Positions 38,766 through 47,554 of a stretch of DNA of 64,000 bases are shown one piece after another. Below the pieces are notes generated by a model. That model saw only the letters and a list, made by a program, of their open reading frames with translations. It made no database searches and had not been told where the DNA came from. This stretch comes from an uncultured Actinomycetota bacterium (lineage in GTDB: Bacteria > Actinomycetota > Actinomycetes > JBEVHX01), in NCBI GenBank assembly GCA_963836025.1, contig CAWIIE010000009.1:64378-128377 (forward strand). Reading direction: 5' to 3'. How positions within the stretch are numbered: position 1 is the stretch's first letter; each line of letters starts with the position of its first letter. The translations under genes were made by a program, and so were the position numbers.

Positions 38766-39125
38766 ATGCCGGTCGTCGAGGACGAACTGACCCTGGTGTT
38801 CTCGGCGCTGGCCGACCCGACGAGGCGCGCGATCCTCGAGCGGCTGGCGCACGGCGACGCAACCGTCAACGAGCTCACCGAGCCGTTCGCGCTGACCCAG
38901 CAGGCGATCTCGAAGCACCTGAAGGTGCTCGAGCGGGCCCGGCTGATCACGCGGACCCGGACCGCGCAGTCCCGGCCGTGCGTCCTGGACGCGGAGCACC
39001 TCGACGAGGCCGCCGGCTGGATCGCGCGGCACCGCCAAGTCTGGGCCGACCGGCACGACCGCCTCGACGAGCACCTCGCAACCCTGCAACGCAAACGGCG
39101 TCGGAACCCGAGGACGACACGGTGA
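38766..39125 (+). CDS. ArsR/SmtB family transcriptional regulator
   Basis: LVFSALADPTRRAILERLAHGDATVNELTEPFALTQQAISKHLKVLERARLI. Confidence 0.88.
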   Translation: MPVVEDELTLVFSALADPTRRAILERLAHGDATVNELTEPFALTQQAISKHLKVLERARLITRTRTAQSRPCVLDAEHLDEAAGWIARHRQVWADRHDRLDEHLATLQRKRRRNPRTTR

Positions 39126-39584
39126 CCGAGACCGGCGAGCTGACCTACCGGCGGGTGCACCACGCCTCGCCCGAGCTGCTCTTCGACTGCATGACCACGC
39201 CCGAGCACCTCACCCACTTCTGGGGTCCGGCTGGGACGACAACCCCGGTCGACAACATCACGGTCGACCTGCGGCCAGGCGGCGTGTTCGAGACCACCAT
39301 GGTCAACGACGCCGACGGCAGCACCCACACCATGCGTGCGGTCTACGTCGAGGTGCGTCGTCCCGATCGGCTGGTCTGGGTCGAGGCCGACGTCGAGGGC
39401 GGCATGCGGACGACGATCACCTTCGTCGACCTGCGCGACGGCCGCACCGAGGTGGTCACCGAGCAGACCAACGTGCCGGCCGCATACCTCAGCGCCGAAG
39501 CGAGGGCCGGCTTCGCCACGAGCCTCGACCGATTCGACAGCCTACGTCGCCGGTCTGCAGGACCGGCAGGAACCACACGAGTAG
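39122..39584 (+). pseudogene. SRPBCC / AHSA1 (Aha1-like) domain protein, frameshift near ~39540
   Basis: GTG 39122 overlaps the ArsR stop. Sequence: YRRVHHASPELLFDCMTTPEHLTHFWGPAG...MRAVYVEVRRPDRLVW in ORF 38528..39730. The natural C-terminus AYVAGLQDRQEPHE* is in ORF 39336..39584. Confidence 0.8.
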
Positions 39585-39594
39585 GGAGCACGCG

Positions 39595-40380
39595 ATGCCA
39601 ACACTCACATCCGCCGACGGCACCACGATCGGCTACGAGTCCAGCGGCAACGGTCCCGCGCTCATCCTGGTCGACGGCGCGATGTGCTACCGCGCCGCCG
39701 GGCCGATGCGCCCGCTGGCCGCGCTGCTGACGGACGACTTCACCGTCTACACCTACGACCGACGCGGCCGCGGCGAGAGCACGGACACCCTGCCGTACGC
39801 GGTCGCCCGCGAGGTCGAGGATCTTGCTGCGCTCATCGAGCGCGCCGGCGGTGCGGCATACGTGTATGCCATGTCCTCCGGTGGCGCACTCGCCCTGGCC
39901 ACCGCGGCCGCGCGACTCCGGGGATCACCAAGCTGGCGTTGTACGAGCCGCCGTTCATGGCCGAGGTCGAGGACGACAGCCGGATCAGGGAGTACACGCG
40001 AACGACTCCGCGAGCTGCTCGACGCCGGGCAGGCGGGCGACGCGGTCGCGCTGTTCATGACCAACGTCGGCGTCCCCGCGCAGGCGATCGCCGGTATGCG
40101 GGCAGGGCCGGGCTGGGCCATGTTGGAGGCGATCGCGCCGACGCTGGCCTACGACGACCAGGTCCTCACCGGCGGCCGCATACCGCGGGACCTGGCCGCA
40201 ACGATCACCATCCCCGCACTGGTCGTCGGCGGCGGATCCAGCCCGCACGGGCTTCAGCAGGCGGCGAAGGCCACCGCGGATGCGCTGCCCACCGCCGAGC
40301 ACCGAACGCTCGAGGGGCAGACGCACGACGTGGCACCGGACGCGCTCGCGCCCGTGCTGGTCGAGTTCTTCCGCGCCTGA
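39595..40380 (+). CDS. Alpha/beta hydrolase. The ORF is intact, but an internal ~85-nt stretch is out of frame (compensated pair ~39915 / ~40000).
   Basis: ALILVDGAMCYRAAGPMRPLA...YVYAMSSGGALALATAAA is followed by implausible RLRGSPSWRCTSRRSWPRSRTTAGSGST. The alternative frame (ORF 39684..40544) reads GITKLALYEPPFMAEVEDDSRIREYT over the same bases. Confidence 0.8.
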   Translation: MPTLTSADGTTIGYESSGNGPALILVDGAMCYRAAGPMRPLAALLTDDFTVYTYDRRGRGESTDTLPYAVAREVEDLAALIERAGGAAYVYAMSSGGALALATAAARLRGSPSWRCTSRRSWPRSRTTAGSGSTRERLRELLDAGQAGDAVALFMTNVGVPAQAIAGMRAGPGWAMLEAIAPTLAYDDQVLTGGRIPRDLAATITIPALVVGGGSSPHGLQQAAKATADALPTAEHRTLEGQTHDVAPDALAPVLVEFFRA

Positions 40381-40422
40381 TATTCGCTCGGACGGCCCAC
40401 GAGGTCGTAGCTGAGCAGCCGA

Positions 40423-41428
40423 TCAGGTCAGGCGCCGGCGGGTCCACCAGAAACAGAAACCGACGAGCAGCGCAGCGACGCCGAGCAGGATGCCGGTCTC
40501 GACCCACTGCAATGGCCAGAAGTGGTCCGCGGGATGGTAGCTGAGGTCTTGGCGCAGGCCGAGGGAGCCGACCCATTCCTCGCATTCCTGCGGTGAGGCT
40601 TCGATCCCGCAGTAGCGCGGGTCGACTGGTCCGGTGAAGACCTCGCCTGTCGGAGTGAGGCTCTGGTTGGACAGAACCCAGGCGCCAGGCAGATCTGCAT
40701 CGCCGAGGACTTCCATCCGCCCACCGTCACCAATCATCAGAGTGTCCAGTGCCGAGACGTCCAGCGGGCTCGTGCCGTGGCTTGGGGACACCAAGTGCTC
40801 CCGGATCCACTCCTCCATGGAGATGAGCGCAACGACGGTGATGGCCAGGGTGGCTGCCATCGCTGGCACGGAACGGCGGACCAGCATGCCGAGCGTGACG
40901 CCGAGCGTGAACGCGAAGACTGCGTAACCGATCGGGACGATGCCTCGGGCGGCGAAAGTCCCCGGCTTGATCAGGACGCCGGTTACGTCGTCGATCCGAT
41001 CCGCCCAAAAGGTGACCGCCCAGCTGAGCAGCCCGACGGTCGCGGCTGTCGCTGCACCGACGATGACCAACTTCGTGGCCAACCAGCGGGTGCGGGTGAC
41101 CGACTGGTTCCAGGCGAGGCGGTGGGTGCCGTTCTCGAGTTCCCGGGCGATCAGCGGGGCGCCCCAGAACACTCCGATCACGGCCGGTAGCAGGTACAGG
41201 AGTGGCGTGGTCAGGTCGTAGACGGTGCCGCTGAGGCTGCCCTCGAATTTCCCGGAGGAAGTTCTCGATCGCGGTAGCGCAGTCGCCTTGGCAGGCAGCG
41301 ACGTTGGCGGCGTTGTACGCGTCCGCGATGCTGCGGCTGGTAACGACGAGAGCGGCGCCGATCGCGGCGAGGGCGCCGACGGCGATCCAGGTCTGCGTAC
41401 GGAACTGGCGCCAGGTGAACCAGATCAT
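40423..41428 (-). pseudogene. ABC-2 type transporter permease, frameshift near ~41230
   Basis: N-terminus MIWFTWRQFRTQTWIAVGALAAIGAALV is in ORF 40727..41428. The remainder is in ORF 40423..41181 (VFWGAPLIARELENGTHRLAWNQSVTRTRW...). An ATGA overlap joins it to the ATPase stop. Confidence 0.75.
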
Positions 41429-42314
41429 CGCGTCGCCTCCAATACCGGTCGCGGGTCGGTGACCTGTGACATGTAGGCCAGGACCAGGTCTTCGAGCGTG
41501 ATCTGCTCGACGGTGAACGACGCATCGTCGATCGGGGTGGTGCTGCGCACGATCAGTGTGGACTGCCGGTCGGTGTGGCTGCCCTCGATCACCTCCACGC
41601 CGGGCGGCAGGTCGGAGGGTTCGCGGCGGGCACCGGTGAGCCGGTAATGACTGGCCAACAGCTCGTCAACATCTCCGGCCACGCGGACCCGGGAGCTGAT
41701 GAGTACCACGAGGTAGTCGCAGACCCGCTCCAGGTCGGAGACCAGGTGCGAGGACAGGATCACGCTCCCGCCGTGCTCGGCGATGTACGCCATCAGACCT
41801 TGCAGGAACTCTCGGCGCGCGAGCGGGTCGAGGCTGGCAACCGGCTCGTCGAGGACGAGCAGCTCCGGTCGCTTCGCGATGGCGAGGGTCAGCGCGAGCT
41901 GGGCGCGTTGTCCGCCGGACAGCTTCCCGGCCTTTTGGGTGGGGTCGAGGCCGAGCTTGCTGATCCGGTCCTCGGCGACCTGCTGCGTCCCAGCCGGGAT
42001 TGGTGTGGGCACCGAAGCGCAGGTGGTCATCGACGGACAGGCCGGCATACGTGGGCGTGTCCTGGGCGACGAAGCCGACCTTGGCAAGTTGTGCTGGGCC
42101 GGACGCTGGCTGGCCGCCAAGCACTTCGATGCGGCCGGTTGTTTGCCGCAGCAATCCCACCGCGATGTGCAGCAGGGTGGTCTTGCCGGCGCCGTTGGGG
42201 CCAACGAGCCCAACGACCCGGCCGGGCGGGAGAGCAAGGGTGCAGTCGGACAACGCCTCGCGACGCCCGTACCGCTTGGACAGGCCCTCGGCCTGCAAGC
42301 ACGGGGGTGGTCAT
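41425..42314 (-). pseudogene. ABC transporter ATP-binding protein, frameshifts near ~42300 and ~41990
   Basis: Walker A GLVGPNGAGKTTLL is in ORF 41666..42298. The signature and Walker B, LSGGQRAQLALTLAIAKRPELLVLDEPVASLD, are in ORF 41425..42237. ATG 42314 forms an ATGA overlap with the GntR stop but is out of frame with QAEGLSKRYG. Confidence 0.88.
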
Positions 42315-42700
42315 GCGAGTCTCCTCGATCGGTGTGCGGAGTGTGGTGACGAAAAGGGCCTCGATGCTTTCGGTGTCCAGCCGGCCGCTCGCGCTCGGTC
42401 GAGCCAGCCGCGCAGCTCCTCGCGCAGCGGACCGTGCGCGGCCAGCGACTTGTCTGTCAGGGTCCGGGTGACGAACGTCCCGACCCCAGGACGCGCGGAG
42501 ACGAGACCGTCGTACTCGAGTTCGCGGTAGGCCTTGAGCACTGTGTTCGGGTTGATCGCCACCTTGGCCACCACGTCCTTGACCGTCGGCAGCTGATCGC
42601 CCTCCGTCAGCAGCCCCAGCCGCATCGCCTGGCGGACCTGCTGAACCAGCTGCATGTACGGGGCGACGCCGGACCGGCCGTCCAGATGGAACTCGATCAC
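42311..42700 (-). pseudogene. GntR-family regulator, YtrA subfamily. A C-terminal frameshift near ~42380 is likely.
   Basis: GTG 42700. Sequence: VAPYMQLVQQVRQAMRLGLLTEGDQLPTVKDVVAKVAINPNTVLKAYRELEYDGLVSARPGVGTFV. The plausible C-terminus LDTESIEALFVTTLRTPIEE is in another frame (ORF 42027..42713). Confidence 0.82.
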
Positions 42701-42717
42701 CCGGAACCTTCATTCAA

Positions 42718-42736
42718 CTAGGTTCCTAGTACTATA
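42718..42736. promoter_or_regulatory. Candidate YtrA operator and -10 region: CTAGG-TT-CCTAG overlapping TAGTACTA, with a minus-strand TATAGT hexamer
   Basis: The inverted repeat is at 42718-42729, the perfect palindrome TAGTACTA at 42727-42734, and RC(42731-42736)=TATAGT. All lie 18-36 nt upstream of GTG 42700, in the most AT-rich patch of the region. Confidence 0.4.
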
Positions 42737-42787
42737 GAGCGAAGTGATCGGGTGTCAAGGGGTTGTCGGAGCCCGCAGCGTCAGACC

Positions 42788-42848
42788 GCGAATGTGGACG
42801 TTGGCCGGGTTGGGACCGTGTCCCAACCCGGCCAACGTCCACATTCGG
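42788..42848. repeat. PAL-1 palindromic repeat, copy 3 (perfect arms)
   Basis: GCGAATGTGGACGTTGGCCGGGTTGGGA-ccgtg-TCCCAACCCGGCCAACGTCCACATTCG(G). It starts 10 nt downstream of the tRNA-Met 3' end on the minus strand. Confidence 0.92.
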
Positions 42849-42857
42849 GAGGGGGTG

Positions 42858-42931
42858 TGGGGCGGGCGGGACTCGAACCCGCGACCAAGGGATTATGAGT
42901 CCCCAGCTCTAACCGGCTGAGCTACCGCCCC
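42858..42931 (-). tRNA. tRNA with CAT anticodon. Elongator Met is most likely; Ile2-lysidine is not excluded.
   Basis: The reverse complement is GGGGCGGTAGCTCAGCCGGTTAGAGCTGGGGACTCATAATCCCTTGGTCGCGGGTTCGAGTCCCGCCCGCCCCA. The G1-C72 pair argues against an initiator tRNA. Confidence 0.9.
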
Positions 42932-43023
42932 GGCTCTTCGATCGCTCCGAAACTACCGGGGCGAGCAGCGACGACCGCGATTGCCGCTCGAGCGACCGCT
43001 GTAGGGTTCGACGCGCGGAGGCG

Positions 43024-44070
43024 TCAGGCCAGGCCGAACTCCGCCTGCTTCTTCTCGACGTCGATGCCGTGCAGCCGGGCCAGGTTGCCGCCGAGGATCT
43101 TGCGCTTGGCCTGCTCGGTGAGCTGCGGGTAGCCGCGCTCCTCGACGATGTCGCGCGGCAGCTCGAAGTTCCAGAACGCCTCCAACGCCCACTGCGGATG
43201 CCAGATCGGCGCCTCGCCGCCGTAGAGGATCTTGTCTTCGCCGCACCACCACATCATCTTGCCGAGCGTCTCGGCGAACACCCGCGGTTGCCGGGAGATG
43301 AAGTTCAGCGTCGCGGCGATGGACGCATACAGGTTGGGGAAGCGCACGATCTGCCAGAGCACCTCGTCCAGCCAGGGCAGCCCGACATGGAAGATGACGA
43401 AGTTGATGTCCGGGAACGCCGCGGCGGCGCCGTCCATGTCGAACGTGCGGGTGTGCTCGATCGGCTGCGGCCCGAGCGGCACCCCCTTGTGCACGCCGAT
43501 GAGGTTGACGCCGAGCTCCTGCGCCCGCTCGAAGGCGGGGAACGCCACCCGCGGGTCGTCCATCCGCCACGGGAACGGCTGCCCGTAGTCGTAGCGCACG
43601 TTGTAGAACTTGAACGCCTTCGCGCCGAACTCCTCGACCTGCCGGGTCATCAGGTCGAGCGCCTTCTTGCCCTCGAGCGGGTTGACGCTGCCCCAGAACA
43701 CCGCGCGGTCCGGGTGCCGAGCCGCCATGTCGGCGCACTTCTCCCACGCGGACAGGCCGTCGTGGAACAGGTCGGTCAGCGGCAGCGGCTGCGCGACGAT
43801 CATGTCGGTGTCGCTGCCCTCGATGACCATGTCGTAGATCTCGTCGACGCTCCACTCCCGAAAGAACTCGTCGCGGGTGAGAATCCGCTCGCCCTCCTTG
43901 GTGAGCAGCTGGTGGAACGCATACAGGTGCTCGTCGAACATCTGGCCCGCGCCACCGATCGCGTTCGACGGGTCGAAGTTGAAGATGTGGCAGACGCAGT
44001 CGAAGACGAACGCGGGCACCTTTCGACCGGTGGCGGTGTCGGTTGCCGGGCGGTCCTCGGTCGTCGTCAT
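43024..44070 (-). CDS. Amidohydrolase_2 (TIM-barrel metal-dependent hydrolase/decarboxylase) family protein
   Basis: Intact 348-aa ORF: FDCVCHIFNF...AVFWGSVNPLEGKKALDLMTRQVEEFGAKAFKFY...LIGVHKG...FVIFHVGLPWLDE...KILYGGEAPIW. An ATGA overlap joins it to the DUF59 stop. Confidence 0.85.
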   Translation of the reverse strand: MTTTEDRPATDTATGRKVPAFVFDCVCHIFNFDPSNAIGGAGQMFDEHLYAFHQLLTKEGERILTRDEFFREWSVDEIYDMVIEGSDTDMIVAQPLPLTDLFHDGLSAWEKCADMAARHPDRAVFWGSVNPLEGKKALDLMTRQVEEFGAKAFKFYNVRYDYGQPFPWRMDDPRVAFPAFERAQELGVNLIGVHKGVPLGPQPIEHTRTFDMDGAAAAFPDINFVIFHVGLPWLDEVLWQIVRFPNLYASIAATLNFISRQPRVFAETLGKMMWWCGEDKILYGGEAPIWHPQWALEAFWNFELPRDIVEERGYPQLTEQAKRKILGGNLARLHGIDVEKKQAEFGLA

Positions 44071-44445
44071 GATGCGGCCTCCTCACGTTCGGCGGCCGCG
44101 CGTGCGGCCCGGATCGGTTCGAGCAGATGCAGCGGCATCGCCAGCGCGTCGCGGGCGGACGGTGCCAGCCGGTCGGTGGTCCAGACCGGGTCCCACAGCG
44201 TGCGCACCTCGACTGACGCGACTCCGTGCACGGCGCGAAGCCGGTCCGGGATCGCGGTCGACATCGTGGCGACGAACGGGCACCACCCGGTGGTCAGGAC
44301 GAGGTCCACCCGGACGTGCCCGTGCTCGTCGGTCGCCACGTCCTCAATCAGCCCCATGTCCACGATGCTGATCCCGCGGTCTTCGCAGCACGGGTCGTAC
44401 ACCTCCCCCAAGTGCATCCATGAGCACGTCGCGGGTCGGGGTCAT
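44067..44445 (-). pseudogene. DUF59 (MIP18/SufT/PaaD-like metal-sulfur cluster assembly) domain protein, frameshift in a C5/G5 run at 44405-44409
   Basis: MTPTRDVLMDAL from ATG 44445 is followed by GEVYDPCCEDRGISIVDMGLIEDV...VRVDLVLTTGWCPFVATMSTAIPDRL in ORF 44067..44417. Confidence 0.75.
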
Positions 44446-45074
44446 GTACGCCACCTCACTGGGTATGCGATGCGGAATCCGGTCGTCGCGGTGGCGCGGC
44501 CGGGTTCGGCACGAGCGCGCGGCTGGCGCGCATACCCCAGCCGGTGTCGAGGTGGCAGCCGCCGCGCACCCGCCGCCAGCCGTCATCGTCAGGCGGGTCG
44601 GCCACCCACTCCCAGACGTTGCCGACCAGGTCCTCGGCGCCGCACCAGGACGCACCTTCGGGGTGTGCGTCGACCGGCGTCGTCCCGCCCCAGCCCGCCT
44701 CGGCGCAGTTGCAGCGAGTCTCGTCGAAGGAGTCACCCCACGGCCAAGTCATCGACTGCGGTCCACGCGCGGCTGCCTCCCACTCGTCGCCGGTCGGCAG
44801 CCGTCCGCCGGCCCACACGGCTGTATGCCTGCGCGTCGGCGTGCGTGACGTGGACGACGGGGTGCCGGTCCAGCACGGCGGCCTCAAGGCGCGGGCGCAA
44901 AGGCGCTGGCACGTCACGGCCGGTCGCCGCGACGAAGGCCGCATACTCGGCACAGGTCACGGGCCAACGCGAGAGCGCAACCGGTCCGAGTCGCACGTCG
45001 CGCTCCGCCCCCGGCTCCCCCAGCCGAAACACTCCTTCGATACTGACCGCGTCGCGGGTCTGTGCGGAGGGCAC
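44442..45074 (-). pseudogene. FGE-sulfatase (SUMF1/EgtB C-terminal-like) domain protein, frameshifts near ~44815 and ~44480
   Basis: RWPVTCAEYAAFVAATGR...HPVVHVTHADAQAY is in ORF 44733..45074. WAGGRLPTGDEWEAAARG...GNVWEWVAD...RVRGGCH is in ORF 44456..44953. The terminal GFRIAYPVRWRT* is in a third frame, giving an ATGA overlap with the DUF59 start. Confidence 0.8.
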
Positions 45075-45101
45075 GTCCGGACGATAGCCCCGGCGCGACG
45101 A

Positions 45102-46017
45102 CTACGCCCAGGGATTCTCGCGGGTGAAGACCCTCGGGAACGACAGCTGCACGTCGTCGGCTGCGGCCAGCCTGGTCAGTACGCGCATCGTGTGGTCGAG
45201 GTCGTCGCCCGCGTACGGCAGAGCCCGCAGCGGCTCGTCGATTGGCCGGAAGAAGTCGTCCCAATGAATCAGCACGACCCGTTGGGCACCGACGGTGCGG
45301 ACGGTTTCATGCCAGTAGGTCTCGATGTACTGCTCGCTCTGGATGCCGAGCTGTCCAACCCCCAGGTATGCGACGTCGGCCCGCTGCCCGACCAACGAAC
45401 CCTCGACGTACCCCGCGCTGCCCTGCACCAGCGCGGAGCTGCCCGATGTGTGCCGAATCAGGACTCGACCAGGCCTCGCCGCACTTGTATGCGGCCACCT
45501 TCGCGGGCGGCGTGACCGGCTCCGTGATGGTGCCGGGGAACCGGTCGGGCGGGCAGTGCCGCGACTCGGTCATCGTCAGCTCATAGTCGCCGAAGGTGAT
45601 CGGACGACCCGGTTCAGCGACGAGGATGCGTTCGTCGGGAAGTCCGTGGCCATGGCCGATCTGGGCAGCCGAGGAGCCACCGACCAAGACCGCACCGGTC
45701 TTGTCAGCCACGACTGCTGAGTCCATGGCATGGTCGAAATGCGTGTGCACAGGGAGCACCGCGTCCAGGCGGGTCACCCTGGCTCGCGCCAGACTCGCAT
45801 CGATCCGCGCAAGGTCCGGCGCGATCCGCTTGACCGCGACCGTCGCCAGCGAAGGGCGGCTGAAGAACCCGTCCGTCATCAGCGCCGACTGACCGTCATC
45901 GAACACCAGGGTGCTGACGCCAAGGAACATGATGGCCGGCTCGCCCCTGGTGGCAGCGGGTACATCGACTCGGTCCGCGTACTGCCTGAGGTTGGGGCGC
46001 CCGAACTTCATTCGCAT
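45102..46017 (-). pseudogene. MBL-fold metallo-hydrolase, frameshift near ~45440; start uncertain (46011-46032)
   Basis: FLGVSTLVFDDGQSALMTDGFFSRP...VLPVHTHFDHAMDSAVVA is in ORF 45307..46260. The C-terminus VLIHWDDFFRPIDEPLRALPYAGDDLDHTMRVL is in ORF 45102..45428. Confidence 0.72.
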
Positions 46018-46138
46018 GGTGCCGGCCAGCATTACAGATCCGTTTGCAGTACTCAGGAGACAACTTTTCCTGGTCCTCAAGGCGTAGGAATGGGTAGCGC
46101 CGGCATTTCGCCGGGCCGTCCCATCGAAGGGCGCGGGC

Positions 46139-46642
46139 ATGGCGGACAAGCCAGAGTTCGATACCTTCGTCGCCGCGCGGTCGCCTGCCTTGCTGCGCAC
46201 CGCATACCTGCTCGTCCATGACGAGGCACTCGCCGAGGATCTGCTGCAGACCGCGCTCACGAAGGCGTGGTTCGCCTGGGGGCGCGTCCAGGGTGACCCC
46301 GAGCGCTACGTCCGTCGGGTCATCGTGACGACGCAGGCGTCGTGGTGGCGGCGACGCTGGACGAGCGAGCTGCCGACCGCGGATCTGCCTGATGCGGTGG
46401 GTGCCGACGACACCGAGCGCTCAGCATCCGGCCAGGACCTGTGGGTCGCGATCGGTCGGCTCCCGCGTCGTCAACGCGCCGTCGTCGTGCTGCGCTACTA
46501 CGAGGACCTGACCGAAACCGAGACCGCGCAATTGCTCAACTGCTCTGTCGGGACGGTCAAGAGCCAGTGCGCCAAGGCGCTGGCCAAGCTCAGAGTGGAC
46601 GCCGCCCTTCGTCCACTGACCAACGAAGGGAGCCGGTCGTGA
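46139..46642 (+). CDS. ECF (SigE-subfamily) RNA polymerase sigma-70 factor
   Basis: FDTFVAARSPALLRTAYLLVHDEALAEDLLQTALTKAW...LPRRQRAVVVLRYYEDLTETETAQLLNCSVGTVKSQCAKALAKLR. Confidence 0.9.
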   Translation: MADKPEFDTFVAARSPALLRTAYLLVHDEALAEDLLQTALTKAWFAWGRVQGDPERYVRRVIVTTQASWWRRRWTSELPTADLPDAVGADDTERSASGQDLWVAIGRLPRRQRAVVVLRYYEDLTETETAQLLNCSVGTVKSQCAKALAKLRVDAALRPLTNEGSRS

Positions 46643-47538
46643 ACACCGACGACCTGCGGACCGTGCTGGCCGAACGAGCCGAGACGGTCGATGCCAACCG
46701 ACCCGGACGCCTTGCCGAGGTTCATCGCCGGATCGAGGCGGCCCGAGCCGTCGACTGCGGGCCGGCATCGGCGCCGCGGCTCGGGCGCCGTTCCACGCGA
46801 CAGGACTTGCTCCGGGCGAACGGCCCGAGCGGAGGTTGCCAGCCATGAACACCACAGTGCGTATCGCGGTGGCAGCGGCCGTCGTGATCGCGGCTGCACT
46901 AGTCGGAGTCAGTTACATCACTGGGCGCGACGACGGCGCCGACCCGACCACTGGTCAGGGCCCGGCGTCCACGCCGAGCCCGACGGCCGCGATGGCCGAG
47001 TCGGAGATGCTCGAACCCGGCCGCTACTCGGTGCCGATTCTGGGCACATCGGAGATCCGGGCTGATGTGACGGTCGAGGGGGAGGAATGGACCTACGACC
47101 CGCATAGCGACGGATCTGGCTGCTCGCCCGACCCGAGGAAGCTGCGGCCGGCAATGTGTGGTTCGGGTTGTGGACCGTCGGGCGTGTGTACGCCGATCCC
47201 TGCACCTCGAACGAAGTCGTGCCCAACCTGCCAGCCGACCACTCGACGGCTGACCTGGTCGACTGCCCTTGACGCGCAAGTAGGGTCCGAGCTGTCCGCG
47301 CCGACGGACGTCGTGGTCGATGGCTACCCCGCAGTTCGGGCGAACCTGACCGTGACGTGCGACCTGGGCGACCTCTGGACCTCTCCGAACGGCCTTCACC
47401 GCTACAGCGGTGCTGGCTCGAGCGTGCTGTGGATCGTGGATGTCGGCGGAACGACCGTGGTCATCGACGCGCAGAGCGGCTCAGGTCGACGCGGAGATCG
47501 AGGCGATGGTCGACAGCATGACGTTCACAACTCCCTGA
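46639..47538 (+). pseudogene. Single-pass membrane protein co-transcribed with the ECF sigma factor (anti-sigma candidate). Multiple frameshifts: ~46745, a pair at ~47105 / ~47265, and ~47480.
   Basis: GTG 46639 overlaps the sigma stop (GTGA). VNTDDLRTVLAERAETVDANRPGRLAEVHRRIEAARA is followed by a TM segment RIAVAAAVVIAAALVGV in ORF 46836..47570. An internal out-of-frame stretch reads GIWLLARPEEAAAGNVWFGLWTVGRVYADPC in another frame. The end, AQVDAEIEAMVDSMTFTTP*, reaches TGA at 47536-47538. Confidence 0.5.
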
Positions 47539-47554
47539 GCGCGGTGTCGACACG

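Noticed and set aside
37721-39328. The 535-aa ORF spanning DinB, STAS, PAL-1 and the antisense strand of ArsR/SRPBCC considered as a single large gene.
   Set aside because: Only the last 166 aa are protein-like (DinB family). The remainder is an out-of-frame or antisense read-through of other well-supported genes and of the repeat.
42858-42931. tRNA(CAT) considered as the initiator tRNA-fMet.
   Set aside because: It has a Watson-Crick G1-C72 pair and lacks the three consecutive G-C pairs at the bottom of the anticodon stem in the canonical positions. Elongator Met or Ile2 is more likely.
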